From contig OZ241855.1 in the NCBI GenBank assembly GCA_965202785.1, positions 480,001 to 544,000 of the forward strand: a stretch of DNA of 64,000 bases. The letters run 5' to 3'. Under the pieces are notes generated by a model. That model saw only the letters and a program-made list of their open reading frames with translations. It was not told where the DNA came from and made no database searches. This stretch comes from Thermodesulfobacteriota bacterium (GTDB lineage: Bacteria; Desulfobacterota_D; UBA1144; Nemesobacterales; Nemesobacteraceae). Positions 9,729 to 18,022 of this stretch are shown here, piece by piece; positions within the stretch are counted from its first letter, which is position 1; each line of letters starts with the position of its first letter. The translations under genes and the position numbers were made by a program.

Positions 9729-11714
9729 TCAGGAAGTAGTGAAACTGTAGATGAAAAGAAGCACTATTATTACGACGACCCCGCCTACCATGGCCGCCAC
9801 GTAATACCTGAGCAGGCCTGTCTGCAGCGCACTCAGGCGTCCCGACAAGCTCCTTACAAAATCGCTCAGCCCGTCAAGCGAGTTGTCTATAAAGGAGCGG
9901 TCAAAATCAGAGCAAAGTCCCGAAATGTAGTTAAACGGAGAGACGAAAACCGCCTCGTAAATCTCATCAACGTACCACTTGTTAAAGGACCCGCTTTTAA
10001 GCGCGGCGACCGCTTTGTCCTCCGCCACAGCAGCTTCTCCCCGCCTGCGACAGTAGATCAAAGCACCGGCCGCTATTCCCGCAAACGCTGCCAGTACCGA
10101 AAACCCTACAAGGGTCCAGTGACCGAAATAATGGGAGTAAGCATGTTCCGCGCCGTAGTGCACTACCACTGAGGAAGAAAGGAACTTCTTAATGAGATCC
10201 GTGTAATGAAAACCCACGCTCTCACCCATGAATTCTGGTACGCCAAGAAGGCCCCCAAAAACGGAGAGAACCGCGAGAATCACAAGAGGTACGATCATCA
10301 CTGCCGGAGATTCGTGCACGCGGCTTTTCGTCTTGTAGTCCATCCTTGCTGTCCCCTCGAAGGTAAGCACGTAGAGCCTTGTCATGTAAAAAGCGGTCAG
10401 TACGGCAGTAATAAGCCCCGCGGCCCAGAAAAACGTATGGCCGCCGTCATAAAGCGAAGCCAGGATTTCATCCTTGCTGAAAAACCCCGAGAGAAGGGGA
10501 AAGCCGGAAATCGCAAGCGTCGCCACAAGAAATGTAAGGGCCGTCACGGGAATCATCCCGCGAAGCCCCCCCATCTTCCTTATGTCCTGCTCTCCGGCCA
10601 TGGCGTGTATAACGCTTCCCGCACCGAGGAACAGAAGCGCCTTGAAAAAAGCGTGGGTGACCAGATGAAATATCGAAAACACATAGGCCCCCGCACCGGC
10701 AGCCATCATCATGTAGCCCAGCTGACTTACGGTCGAGTATGCAAGCACCTTCTTTATGTCGTTCTGGGTGATCGCTATCGTGGCGGCGAAAAACGCGGTG
10801 AACGCTGCCACGATCAAAACGACGTTCAAAGCCACTGGACTCAGGTCAAAAAGCGGCGAGCAGCGGCTCAACATGTAAACCCCGGCGGTAACCATTGTCG
10901 CGGCGTGAATAAGGGCGCTCACCGCGGTCGGACCCGCCATAGCGTCCGGAAGCCAGACGTGAAGCGGGAACTGGGCCGATTTCCCGACGGCGCCGACAAA
11001 CAGAAGAAGCGCCATCGCGGTTATAAGCGACTGTGAAAGCCCGGAAACAAAAACCGGGTCGGCAAGCTGGGAGAAAACATCTTGGTAGTTAAGAGATCCA
11101 AACACGGTGAAAATAAGGAAGATGCCGAGGATAAACCCGAAATCCCCTATTCTGTTCACCACAAAAGCTTTTCTTCCCGCATAGACCCTGAATGAATCTT
11201 CATACCAGAATCCTATAAGCAGGTAGGATGCAAGGCCCACCCCCTCCCATCCGATAAACATCATGGGGAAGTTGTTGCCCAGAACCAGAACGAGCATGAA
11301 GAAAACGAAAATGTTCAGGTAAGTGAAATAACGCGCGTAACAACGATCATGGTGCATGTAGCCAATCGAGTAGACATGTATAAGAAATCCCACCCACGTC
11401 ACGACAAGGGCCATTACGGCGGAGAGGGAATCAAAGAGAAACTCGAAGCTGACGTTAAGGGTGCCCGAGAGCATCCAGGTGAAAAGTTCGGTCGTAATCG
11501 GCTCAGTCCCCGCAGGGCTCTGCGAGAGAAGGTCAAGGAAAAGACGCGTGGACAAAAGAGCGGAGACCAGAACGGCCGCGCACGCCACCGTCCCGACGAT
11601 TCTGTCACTTGTATGTCTTCCGGTTCCGGTAAGCTTTTCGCAAAGACCGGTGGCGAAGAAAAGCCCGTTGAAAATCGCCCCCGCAAGTGGCGCAAGAACT
11701 ATGAGAGCAAGCAC
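9729..11714 (-). CDS. nuoL: NADH-quinone oxidoreductase subunit L
   Basis: GWEGVGLASYLLIGFW, GKSAQFPLHVWLPDAMAGPT, HAFFKALLF. Confidence 0.95.
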   Translation of the reverse strand: MLALIVLAPLAGAIFNGLFFATGLCEKLTGTGRHTSDRIVGTVACAAVLVSALLSTRLFLDLLSQSPAGTEPITTELFTWMLSGTLNVSFEFLFDSLSAVMALVVTWVGFLIHVYSIGYMHHDRCYARYFTYLNIFVFFMLVLVLGNNFPMMFIGWEGVGLASYLLIGFWYEDSFRVYAGRKAFVVNRIGDFGFILGIFLIFTVFGSLNYQDVFSQLADPVFVSGLSQSLITAMALLLFVGAVGKSAQFPLHVWLPDAMAGPTAVSALIHAATMVTAGVYMLSRCSPLFDLSPVALNVVLIVAAFTAFFAATIAITQNDIKKVLAYSTVSQLGYMMMAAGAGAYVFSIFHLVTHAFFKALLFLGAGSVIHAMAGEQDIRKMGGLRGMIPVTALTFLVATLAISGFPLLSGFFSKDEILASLYDGGHTFFWAAGLITAVLTAFYMTRLYVLTFEGTARMDYKTKSRVHESPAVMIVPLVILAVLSVFGGLLGVPEFMGESVGFHYTDLIKKFLSSSVVVHYGAEHAYSHYFGHWTLVGFSVLAAFAGIAAGALIYCRRRGEAAVAEDKAVAALKSGSFNKWYVDEIYEAVFVSPFNYISGLCSDFDRSFIDNSLDGLSDFVRSLSGRLSALQTGLLRYYVAAMVGGVVVIIVLLFIYSFTTS

Positions 11715-11737
11715 TCAGGTAAACCTCCGAGAATAAA

Positions 11738-12043
11738 TTAACCCCTAAGCAGTTTCAGCAGATCGATGTCAAGACTCTCTTTCTGCCTGTAAATCGAAAC
11801 GACAAACGCAAGGCCGACCGCGACCTCGGCCGCCGCCACCGTTACTGACATCAGAACGAACACATGTCCCGTGGCACCCTCGTAGAGCCTTGAGAAAACA
11901 ACGAAAAGCAGGTTGCAGGAGTTAAGCATGAGCTCAAGGCACATAAGCACGATCAGTATGTTTTTTCTGGTAATTACCCCGTAAACCCCGATCGCGAAAA
12001 GCACGCAAGCCAAGACTACATAGTGACTAACCGCAATTTCCAT
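11738..12043 (-). CDS. nuoK: NADH-quinone oxidoreductase subunit K
   Basis: LMCLELMLNS, VAAAEVAVGL; 101 aa. Confidence 0.95.
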   Translation of the reverse strand: MEIAVSHYVVLACVLFAIGVYGVITRKNILIVLMCLELMLNSCNLLFVVFSRLYEGATGHVFVLMSVTVAAAEVAVGLAFVVSIYRQKESLDIDLLKLLRG

Positions 12044-12044
12044 C

Positions 12045-12581
12045 TTATGACTCCTTCCCCTTGGCTATGACCAGAACGCCCACCATGGCTATCACCACAA
12101 GAACCGAGGTAAGCTCAAATGCGAGCAGATAATCACTGAAAAGAGATCTTCCCACTTCGGCCACGGTACCAAAATTCTCGGGATCCTCAAGTTTCGGAAA
12201 AACGACCGGAGAAGACGAGAAAAGTTTTGAGGCAAAAAATCCGACAACAACGATAAAGAGAAAAAGAAAGGTCATCCTCTTCGGTATGTTCATACTGTCA
12301 AATCTGAGCTCGCTGTCCCTTATATTGAGGAACATGACGGTAAAGAGAAAGAGGACCATTATCGCTCCTGCGTAAATCAGTATCTGTATCGCCGCGATGA
12401 AATGGGCGTGGAGAAGAACGAAAAGCACCGCGGTGGAAAAAAGAGTAAGAACGAGCGAAACAGCGCTTGAAACGGGGTTTTTATGGCTCACGACCATAAC
12501 GGCCCCGAGTACCGCAAGCGTAGAAAAAATATAGAAAAGGACAGTATGAGACAACGGGTTTTCCGGAAAGAGATTTGGCAA
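12045..12581 (-). CDS. nuoJ: NADH-quinone oxidoreductase subunit J
   Basis: NPVSSA, QILIYAGAIMVLFLF, FELTS. Confidence 0.93.
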   Translation of the reverse strand: MPNLFPENPLSHTVLFYIFSTLAVLGAVMVVSHKNPVSSAVSLVLTLFSTAVLFVLLHAHFIAAIQILIYAGAIMVLFLFTVMFLNIRDSELRFDSMNIPKRMTFLFLFIVVVGFFASKLFSSSPVVFPKLEDPENFGTVAEVGRSLFSDYLLAFELTSVLVVIAMVGVLVIAKGKES

Positions 12582-12627
12582 TCAATTATAGTTATAATGC
12601 GGGCAGAGTCAAACCGGTCGAGGGGTT

Positions 12628-13296
12628 CTACCTGCTTCTGGAAACTCCTCTCTTCGGACAGTAACCACTCACGGGACAACGGCTGCAAAGAGGAGATAAG
12701 GGTCTGCAGATCTGCTGCCCCAGGGCGACTAGGAGAGAGTTATACTCTATCCAGTATCTGCGGGGCAGTTTCTCCCGAAGAGCCATCTCGGTTTCATAAG
12801 GACTTTTGGTATCCACGTAACCCCACCTGTTCGAAATCCTGTGCACGTGAATATCAACGCAGATAGCGGGCTTTCCGTACCCAAGAGAAAGAACCAGATT
12901 GGCGGTTTTTCTCCCGACTCCACGAAATTTTAAAAGCTCGTCAATGCTGTCCGGAACCTGACTGTCATATTCGTCTATCAGCTTTTCACATATCCCGATG
13001 ATGTTCTGTGCTTTTACCCTGTAAAAACCGACGGGATATATGAGATCTCTTACCCTTTTTTCCCCTAGCTCCAGAACCGCCCGCGGAGTCGAAGCTTCGC
13101 TGAAAAGTCTAGCGGAGGCCTCGGCCGTGGTCTCGTCTTTGGTTCTCAGGCTGAGTACGGTGGAAACAAGGACCCTGAAAGGACTTTTTGAGGAAACGGC
13201 CGTAAGCGTAACCACGGGAACATTCCATCCGGCGGCTTCTTTTCTAAGCACCCCCATCACCCTTCCAATGTTCTTACTCTCGAGTTTTGCGGTCAT
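12628..13296 (-). CDS. nth: Endonuclease III (HhH-GPD, 4Fe-4S)
   Basis: GVGRKTANLVL HhH, VDIHVHRIS, C-x6-C-x2-C-x5-C cluster; start placed at MTAK. Confidence 0.88.
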   Translation of the reverse strand: MTAKLESKNIGRVMGVLRKEAAGWNVPVVTLTAVSSKSPFRVLVSTVLSLRTKDETTAEASARLFSEASTPRAVLELGEKRVRDLIYPVGFYRVKAQNIIGICEKLIDEYDSQVPDSIDELLKFRGVGRKTANLVLSLGYGKPAICVDIHVHRISNRWGYVDTKSPYETEMALREKLPRRYWIEYNSLLVALGQQICRPLSPLCSRCPVSGYCPKRGVSRSR

Positions 13297-13315
13297 TTCA
13301 GTCGGGAACGGGTCT

Positions 13316-14065
13316 TTACTGGATTCGGGAGTCTTCAGTGCCGCCGGCACACTTGCTTGCTATATCCTCCCATTTCTGGAAAAACACCTTAAGCGCAAGC
13401 TCAGCCTCACTGAAGTCAGACAGTGAGATAAGTTCCAGAATTCTCGCAACTTCCGGTACGCTGTTTTCATTTTTCAGCGTGTAGGGATGTATGTAATTGC
13501 AGATGTCGCCGTAATTAAGCACCAAGTAGCTTTGGGAATCGAACTGGACAAGCCATTTTCTAAGGTCTTCCAGACTTCGGTCAAGATTGCGCAGGAAAAC
13601 CTTAAGAGGATTAGCGGAGTCTTCTGACATAGTCTTTTCGATCTTTTCCCGCGAGGAAATCATCCTCCTTTTTGACAGCTCAAGAGTTGAGTTGTAATGA
13701 ATTGAGTTAAAGCCCCAGTGGGTATAAAAATTTCTCCTCCCTTCTTCAGAAAAAAGAAGAAACCATTCAAAGGGAACAACGTTTTCAGACGAAAAACAAT
13801 TAAGGGAATCAGAAGTGGGTGCAACAAAATAATTGCCAGCTTCATCCTTCATGAAAAGACAGTCGGGCAGATCTTCGTGGGGCAGATCAAGATGGTCTGA
13901 AAGTGCCTGGCGAAACGCACTGTACTCATTGCCGAACCATATTCCAAAAGGAGAAGTGGGGCCGCCCCAGTAACGTTCATAAAACTTAAGATACTTGCTC
14001 CAGTATTCAGATTTTTCTCTGAAAGAATCCAAAGGCTCGTACACTATAAGAGTACTGGAAGGCAT
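13316..14065 (-). CDS. Hypothetical protein
   Basis: 249-aa ORF filling the gap between a terminator and nth; AT-richer than its neighbours. Confidence 0.7.
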   Translation of the reverse strand: MPSSTLIVYEPLDSFREKSEYWSKYLKFYERYWGGPTSPFGIWFGNEYSAFRQALSDHLDLPHEDLPDCLFMKDEAGNYFVAPTSDSLNCFSSENVVPFEWFLLFSEEGRRNFYTHWGFNSIHYNSTLELSKRRMISSREKIEKTMSEDSANPLKVFLRNLDRSLEDLRKWLVQFDSQSYLVLNYGDICNYIHPYTLKNENSVPEVARILELISLSDFSEAELALKVFFQKWEDIASKCAGGTEDSRIQ

Positions 14066-14109
14066 TGCTTTATATTAGAAAACATGTTTACGGAAAAATC
14101 AATTCAGGC

Positions 14110-14151
14110 AAAAAAAAGAGGAGGGATAACCGTTAAGGCTTCCCTCCTCTT
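14110..14151 (-). terminator. Rho-independent terminator after the ADC-fold gene pair
   Basis: AAGAGGAGGGA/TCCCTCCTCTT stem followed by a T-run on the minus strand. Confidence 0.85.
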
Positions 14152-14201
14152 CTTTATTACTCATCAAGAACTCAGTGTCCTCAGACACCGGCTCTTCGCC
14201 A

Positions 14202-15173
14202 TTATCCCTGGCTATACTGCGGCAGCAGGAACCTGTGACGCATCGTGTACTCAAACGGCGTTGAGTATACTATATGACCCATGTCATCAGCTCCTCTCTC
14301 TACCGTGTTCGTCCAGATCGTCAACGCCGGCGGTATTATCAGGTTAAATGTGAAGCTTATCAACCCTACTACCTCCGTTGCCGGTATCTGACCACCCATG
14401 TAGTCAAACGGCGTCCCTGACATGAACCACGAACGTACATCCTCCGTAACAGCCGTCCTCACGCTCTCAGGATTCAGCTGGAAGCGGTGTCCCGTCCCGA
14501 ATCCCGGCGGAAGATCCGACGGCAGATACGTTACTTCATGGATACTGTTCGATACATCAGGCCTCGTCGTTATCCTGTAGTTCATCCTTCCCCAGTCGGT
14601 CTTGCCATAAAACGTAGGCCTGGCCGAAAGCGGACGGTCCGAATAACGTCCGTTCGCTGTGTGCAGTATGTAGCCTCTGCGCTCCATCAAGTGGTTGAAA
14701 TAGTTGTTGTTGGTACCATGCTCGAACCCGGCGATGTAAGCAGCTTTCTTCGGGAATCCGAATGGCTCCTTACCGGCAAAAATCGGGGAGTCGTTCGACA
14801 GATACATGTACGGATAGTAACCCGCTTTGTATATGTGTCCGCTTCCGTCATCCACCGTTGCCGAGAACGTTACGCCCATCTCCATGTATGGACCTAACAT
14901 CGTGTTCTTGTGTATTACGTACCAAAACTCTATTACATCATCCTGAACCTCGATCGGTTCCGGAACTACCGCTTTCATTGCATTGATGTCTGCCCTTATC
15001 ACATAGGCCATCCACCTGCTCTCTGTATACGTAAGCGGTATGATGTCGTAGTCGAACACTGGGTCCGCTACTCCCTGACTGATTATGTGGATCCTGTCCC
15101 TGTCCAATGGTAATGGTGGAACTTCTCCCTCATCCAGCCAAGGATAACTGTACTCATTTGCATGTAATCCCAT
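14202..15173 (-). CDS. Acetoacetate decarboxylase (ADC)-superfamily protein, paralogue B
   Basis: GPYME, YPYMYL, AGKEPFGFPKK (Schiff-base Lys motif); SD AAGGAGGT. Confidence 0.8.
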   Translation of the reverse strand: MGLHANEYSYPWLDEGEVPPLPLDRDRIHIISQGVADPVFDYDIIPLTYTESRWMAYVIRADINAMKAVVPEPIEVQDDVIEFWYVIHKNTMLGPYMEMGVTFSATVDDGSGHIYKAGYYPYMYLSNDSPIFAGKEPFGFPKKAAYIAGFEHGTNNNYFNHLMERRGYILHTANGRYSDRPLSARPTFYGKTDWGRMNYRITTRPDVSNSIHEVTYLPSDLPPGFGTGHRFQLNPESVRTAVTEDVRSWFMSGTPFDYMGGQIPATEVVGLISFTFNLIIPPALTIWTNTVERGADDMGHIVYSTPFEYTMRHRFLLPQYSQG

Positions 15174-15204
15174 TATGGTTTTACCTCCTTAAATCTTTTT
15201 TATC

Positions 15205-16185
15205 TTATGAACCCTGACTGATCGGGAACTGCTGCCTCAATCCATACTTGTATGGCGTGGCATATCCACGATAACTTGCCGGCCTCTCATATGTCTCCGT
15301 CCATAGCACTACCGCTGGCGGTATTACAAGATCGAACACAAACGAGATCAATCCAGTTACTTCCTGAATCTTCAGCTCCGCTCCCATGTTGTCAAACGGA
15401 GTGGCCTGCATGAACCAGTTTATCGCGTCTCCGCTTGCTGTCCTGGTGTGCTCAGGCTTAATCTTGAACCTGTGTCCCGTTATCATGCTGTCAAACGGAG
15501 GCGGCAACGCCGATGGCAGATATGTCAGCTGCCACTCCGAACTCGATACGTCCGGACGCGTTATGACCTTCATGTTGAACTTACCCCAGTCCGTCTTACC
15601 GTAGAAATACGGAGGTGTTACCTGCTTGTCGTCGAACTGTCCTGTCGCGCTGTGCATCAGGTAACCGTTACGACTCATTGCAAATCCAAAGAAATCCGTG
15701 CCCTTCTCTCCACCATGTACCGTACATCTGATGTAGGACATCTTCTTTGGAAATCCAAGTACACGACCAGCGTCCACTGGCGCGTCACCCGTAAGATACA
15801 TATACGGATAGTATCCCGCTCTCCACACGTTCCCGTCAGGATCCGTGTATGATGCCGATACCGTTACGCCAAACTCAAGATATGGACCTAACATCGTGTT
15901 CTTGTGATCCACATACCAAAACTCTACCAGGTCCGCATTCTCGCCATCCCATACCTGCAACGGGGGATTCGGGCACAGACGACTCCGAGTTGCCTCGTCG
16001 CACCTTACTACAAATGCTGACCACCTGCTGTCCGTGTATGTCAGCGGCAGCACGTCTATGTCCCACAGCGGATCCGACGGATTCGCTATGATCCATGACT
16101 TGATATCCCGCTCTATCGGAGGGGGCGGGACCTCTTTCGTCAACTCCCAGTACTTCGTTGGGACGTTTAAATGACTATGGCTCAT
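15205..16185 (-). CDS. Acetoacetate decarboxylase (ADC)-superfamily protein, paralogue A
   Basis: GPYLE, YPYMYL, AGRVLGFPKK; SD AAGGAGG; colinear similarity to 14202..15173. Confidence 0.8.
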   Translation of the reverse strand: MSHSHLNVPTKYWELTKEVPPPPIERDIKSWIIANPSDPLWDIDVLPLTYTDSRWSAFVVRCDEATRSRLCPNPPLQVWDGENADLVEFWYVDHKNTMLGPYLEFGVTVSASYTDPDGNVWRAGYYPYMYLTGDAPVDAGRVLGFPKKMSYIRCTVHGGEKGTDFFGFAMSRNGYLMHSATGQFDDKQVTPPYFYGKTDWGKFNMKVITRPDVSSSEWQLTYLPSALPPPFDSMITGHRFKIKPEHTRTASGDAINWFMQATPFDNMGAELKIQEVTGLISFVFDLVIPPAVVLWTETYERPASYRGYATPYKYGLRQQFPISQGS

Positions 16186-16322
16186 ATTCTAAGCCTCCTT
16201 ACTGTAGATTTGGGCCAAAACTTACCACCCATTCCATACCTCTTTAACACCCTATCTTCCCCTGTTGATAGAATGTTGGTAGCTCTGTTGGATGCGAATA
16301 GACGCAACCTCACCCGATTTAC

Positions 16323-16352
16323 ATTCAATCAAATCTCATACCCTTTTGTCAA
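16323..16352 (-). promoter_or_regulatory. Putative sigma70 promoter of the ADC-fold pair
   Basis: TTGACA-18 nt-TTGAAT with TG one base before the -10. Confidence 0.5.
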
Positions 16353-16458
16353 GCACTTTTTTTCATACCTAAAGCAGAGTTTTCGGTTCCTGCGGTAACA
16401 ACCTGTAAACTCACCAATTTTACAGAATATCTGGAACTAAAATTATGAAGCAAAAAGG

Positions 16459-16839
16459 TTAAAACAGCCAGGGAGGCAGGTCTTTTAAGCCTCTCATCAT
16501 CCTGATTCGAAGCTCATTTTCGTCCGGAATGTCTTTCCTGTCGAATTTTACGTTCTTAAGACAGGCAAGCATCGCCCGGATAATGCTGTTTTTTGTTATT
16601 CTCTCCTTTCTGTTCTCCTTGGAACGGTTTTTCATTATCTCTCTTTCGAGCTTCTGGAGAAATTCGAAGTCTTCGCTGCTTATCCTTAACGTAAAGACGT
16701 CAAAGGTTTGGTATTTCGGCAGCGTCTCGGGCTTCGAATCCCGTGGAGTGCCCGTAATACCGTCCTGAATGGCTTTTTCCTCAGGCGGTCTTATCCAGAT
16801 ATTCGGGTTTACTCCCTCGTTCGTCTTCTCATCAGGCAT
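16459..16839 (-). CDS. Small basic putative DNA-binding (ribbon-helix-helix-like) protein resembling ParA-associated plasmid partition proteins
   Basis: PKYQTF..FTLRI..(helix)..KERITKNSIIRA pattern; SD AGGAGG before ATG 16839; TGgTATAAT upstream. Confidence 0.55.
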   Translation of the reverse strand: MPDEKTNEGVNPNIWIRPPEEKAIQDGITGTPRDSKPETLPKYQTFDVFTLRISSEDFEFLQKLEREIMKNRSKENRKERITKNSIIRAMLACLKNVKFDRKDIPDENELRIRMMRGLKDLPPWLF

Positions 16840-17028
16840 GCCATTCCTCCTTATTTGTCCAAAACAATCTTTTACAAGCCAATTATACCACAAAAACCTT
16901 AAGTTAAGAACTTCATTATTTTAATTTCATCAAAATCCCAAAAGAAAAATTGGTCCTGCAGGCTCTACTGGTCTCCGTTTCTGAGAGGGTTTGCACAGCT
17001 GGATTAAGACGAGGACGAATTGCCCGGA

Positions 17029-17081
17029 ATAGACTGTCAATAAGAGCTAATCGTGTCACAGTAAAACAAGATAGACTGTCA
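17029..17081 (+). repeat. 11-bp direct repeat ATAGACTGTCA x2, 42 bp apart
   Basis: Copies at 17029-17039 and 17071-17081 in the divergent intergenic region. Confidence 0.7.
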
Positions 17082-17231
17082 GTTTTTAAGACATGAGAAC
17101 AATTCTGGAAAGATAAGCCGTCCCTGATGGTCCTAAAACAGCGAAAAATCGGGCTGACTTACAATGATAAGAAGTTATTTACTTCGTAAGTTAAGACAAA
17201 GAGCCTGAATTCCTCTCGGCCAAAATTATGC

Positions 17232-17261
17232 TTGACATTGAGTGCCGATCTGTGATAGAAA
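17232..17261 (+). promoter_or_regulatory. Putative sigma70 promoter of the AmiS/UreI gene
   Basis: TTGACA-18 nt-TAGAAA with extended-10 TG. Confidence 0.55.
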
Positions 17262-17317
17262 CTGTAATAAGCCCTGATGTAGAGGGCAAGGAACGGTTAT
17301 GATTTCATACAGGAGGT

Positions 17318-17851
17318 ATGGTTAGTATGGTTCCAATAGAAGCTTTGTTAGGTTACGTTTTGCTGCTCGTAGGGTTTGTGTTCTTCGCGAACGGAATGAC
17401 CCTTTTGGGTAAAACCGGAGCGAAGGAAGTGGGCGTGCTCAATCTCGGAGTCGGCGTTCTTATAGCGATTGCCGCTTGGAAGCTGCACACCCTGGGTCTT
17501 ACGGCGGCTACCGCGCTTGTATCGGTATTTGCATTGATATACCTGATAGTCTACGCGGTATTCGTACACGGACATGACGCGAAAGGGCTTGGAGTGTACT
17601 GTCTTTTCGCAACGGTGGTGTTCATATGGTACGGGGCTCATTTCCAGGCACTTGGGCTTGCGTACTTTGCGTACTTCTGCTGGGCATGGGCTTTACTAGT
17701 ACTTCTTTGCTTCTTTGCGTTCTCGCAGGGCAAGGATCTTGGCAAGCCGATAGCCTATCTGTTCATAATAGAGTCGATAGTGACTCTGTTGATACCGGGA
17801 ATGCTTCTGCTTACAGAGAAGTGGAATCCTCTCGGTGGAGTACCAGGCTAA
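17318..17851 (+). CDS. AmiS/UreI-family urea/short-amide channel
   Basis: About six TM helices; LLLVGFVFFANG, KEVGVLNL, FALIYL, DAKGLGVYCLF, WAWALL, TLLIPG; SD AGGAGGT. Confidence 0.85.
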   Translation: MVSMVPIEALLGYVLLLVGFVFFANGMTLLGKTGAKEVGVLNLGVGVLIAIAAWKLHTLGLTAATALVSVFALIYLIVYAVFVHGHDAKGLGVYCLFATVVFIWYGAHFQALGLAYFAYFCWAWALLVLLCFFAFSQGKDLGKPIAYLFIIESIVTLLIPGMLLLTEKWNPLGGVPG

Positions 17852-17880
17852 GATTCATAATTTTTAGCTGATTTACCAAT

Positions 17881-17928
17881 AACGGGCAGCAGGGAATTAT
17901 AAGAAATTCTCTCTGCCCGTTGTTTTTT
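17881..17928 (+). terminator. Rho-independent terminator after the AmiS/UreI gene
   Basis: AACGGGCAG/CTGCCCGTT stem with inner pairing, then GTTTTTT. Confidence 0.75.
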
Positions 17929-18022
17929 GTCTTTCCCTTTCTTCGCTAGTCCCTTAAAACAAAGCGGTTTGATATAATCTGCTTTATGATTGATAATACA
18001 GTTTCCGGGACGGTGATCTGAA

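Noticed and set aside
16186-16320. Riboswitch (e.g. guanidine class) in the leader of about 130 nt before the ADC pair
   Set aside because: No ykkC or mini-ykkC consensus; only a 4-bp hairpin is visible.
17120-17160. Hammerhead-like CTGATG...GAAA
   Set aside because: Core reads CTGATGG rather than CUGAUGA, and stem II cannot form.
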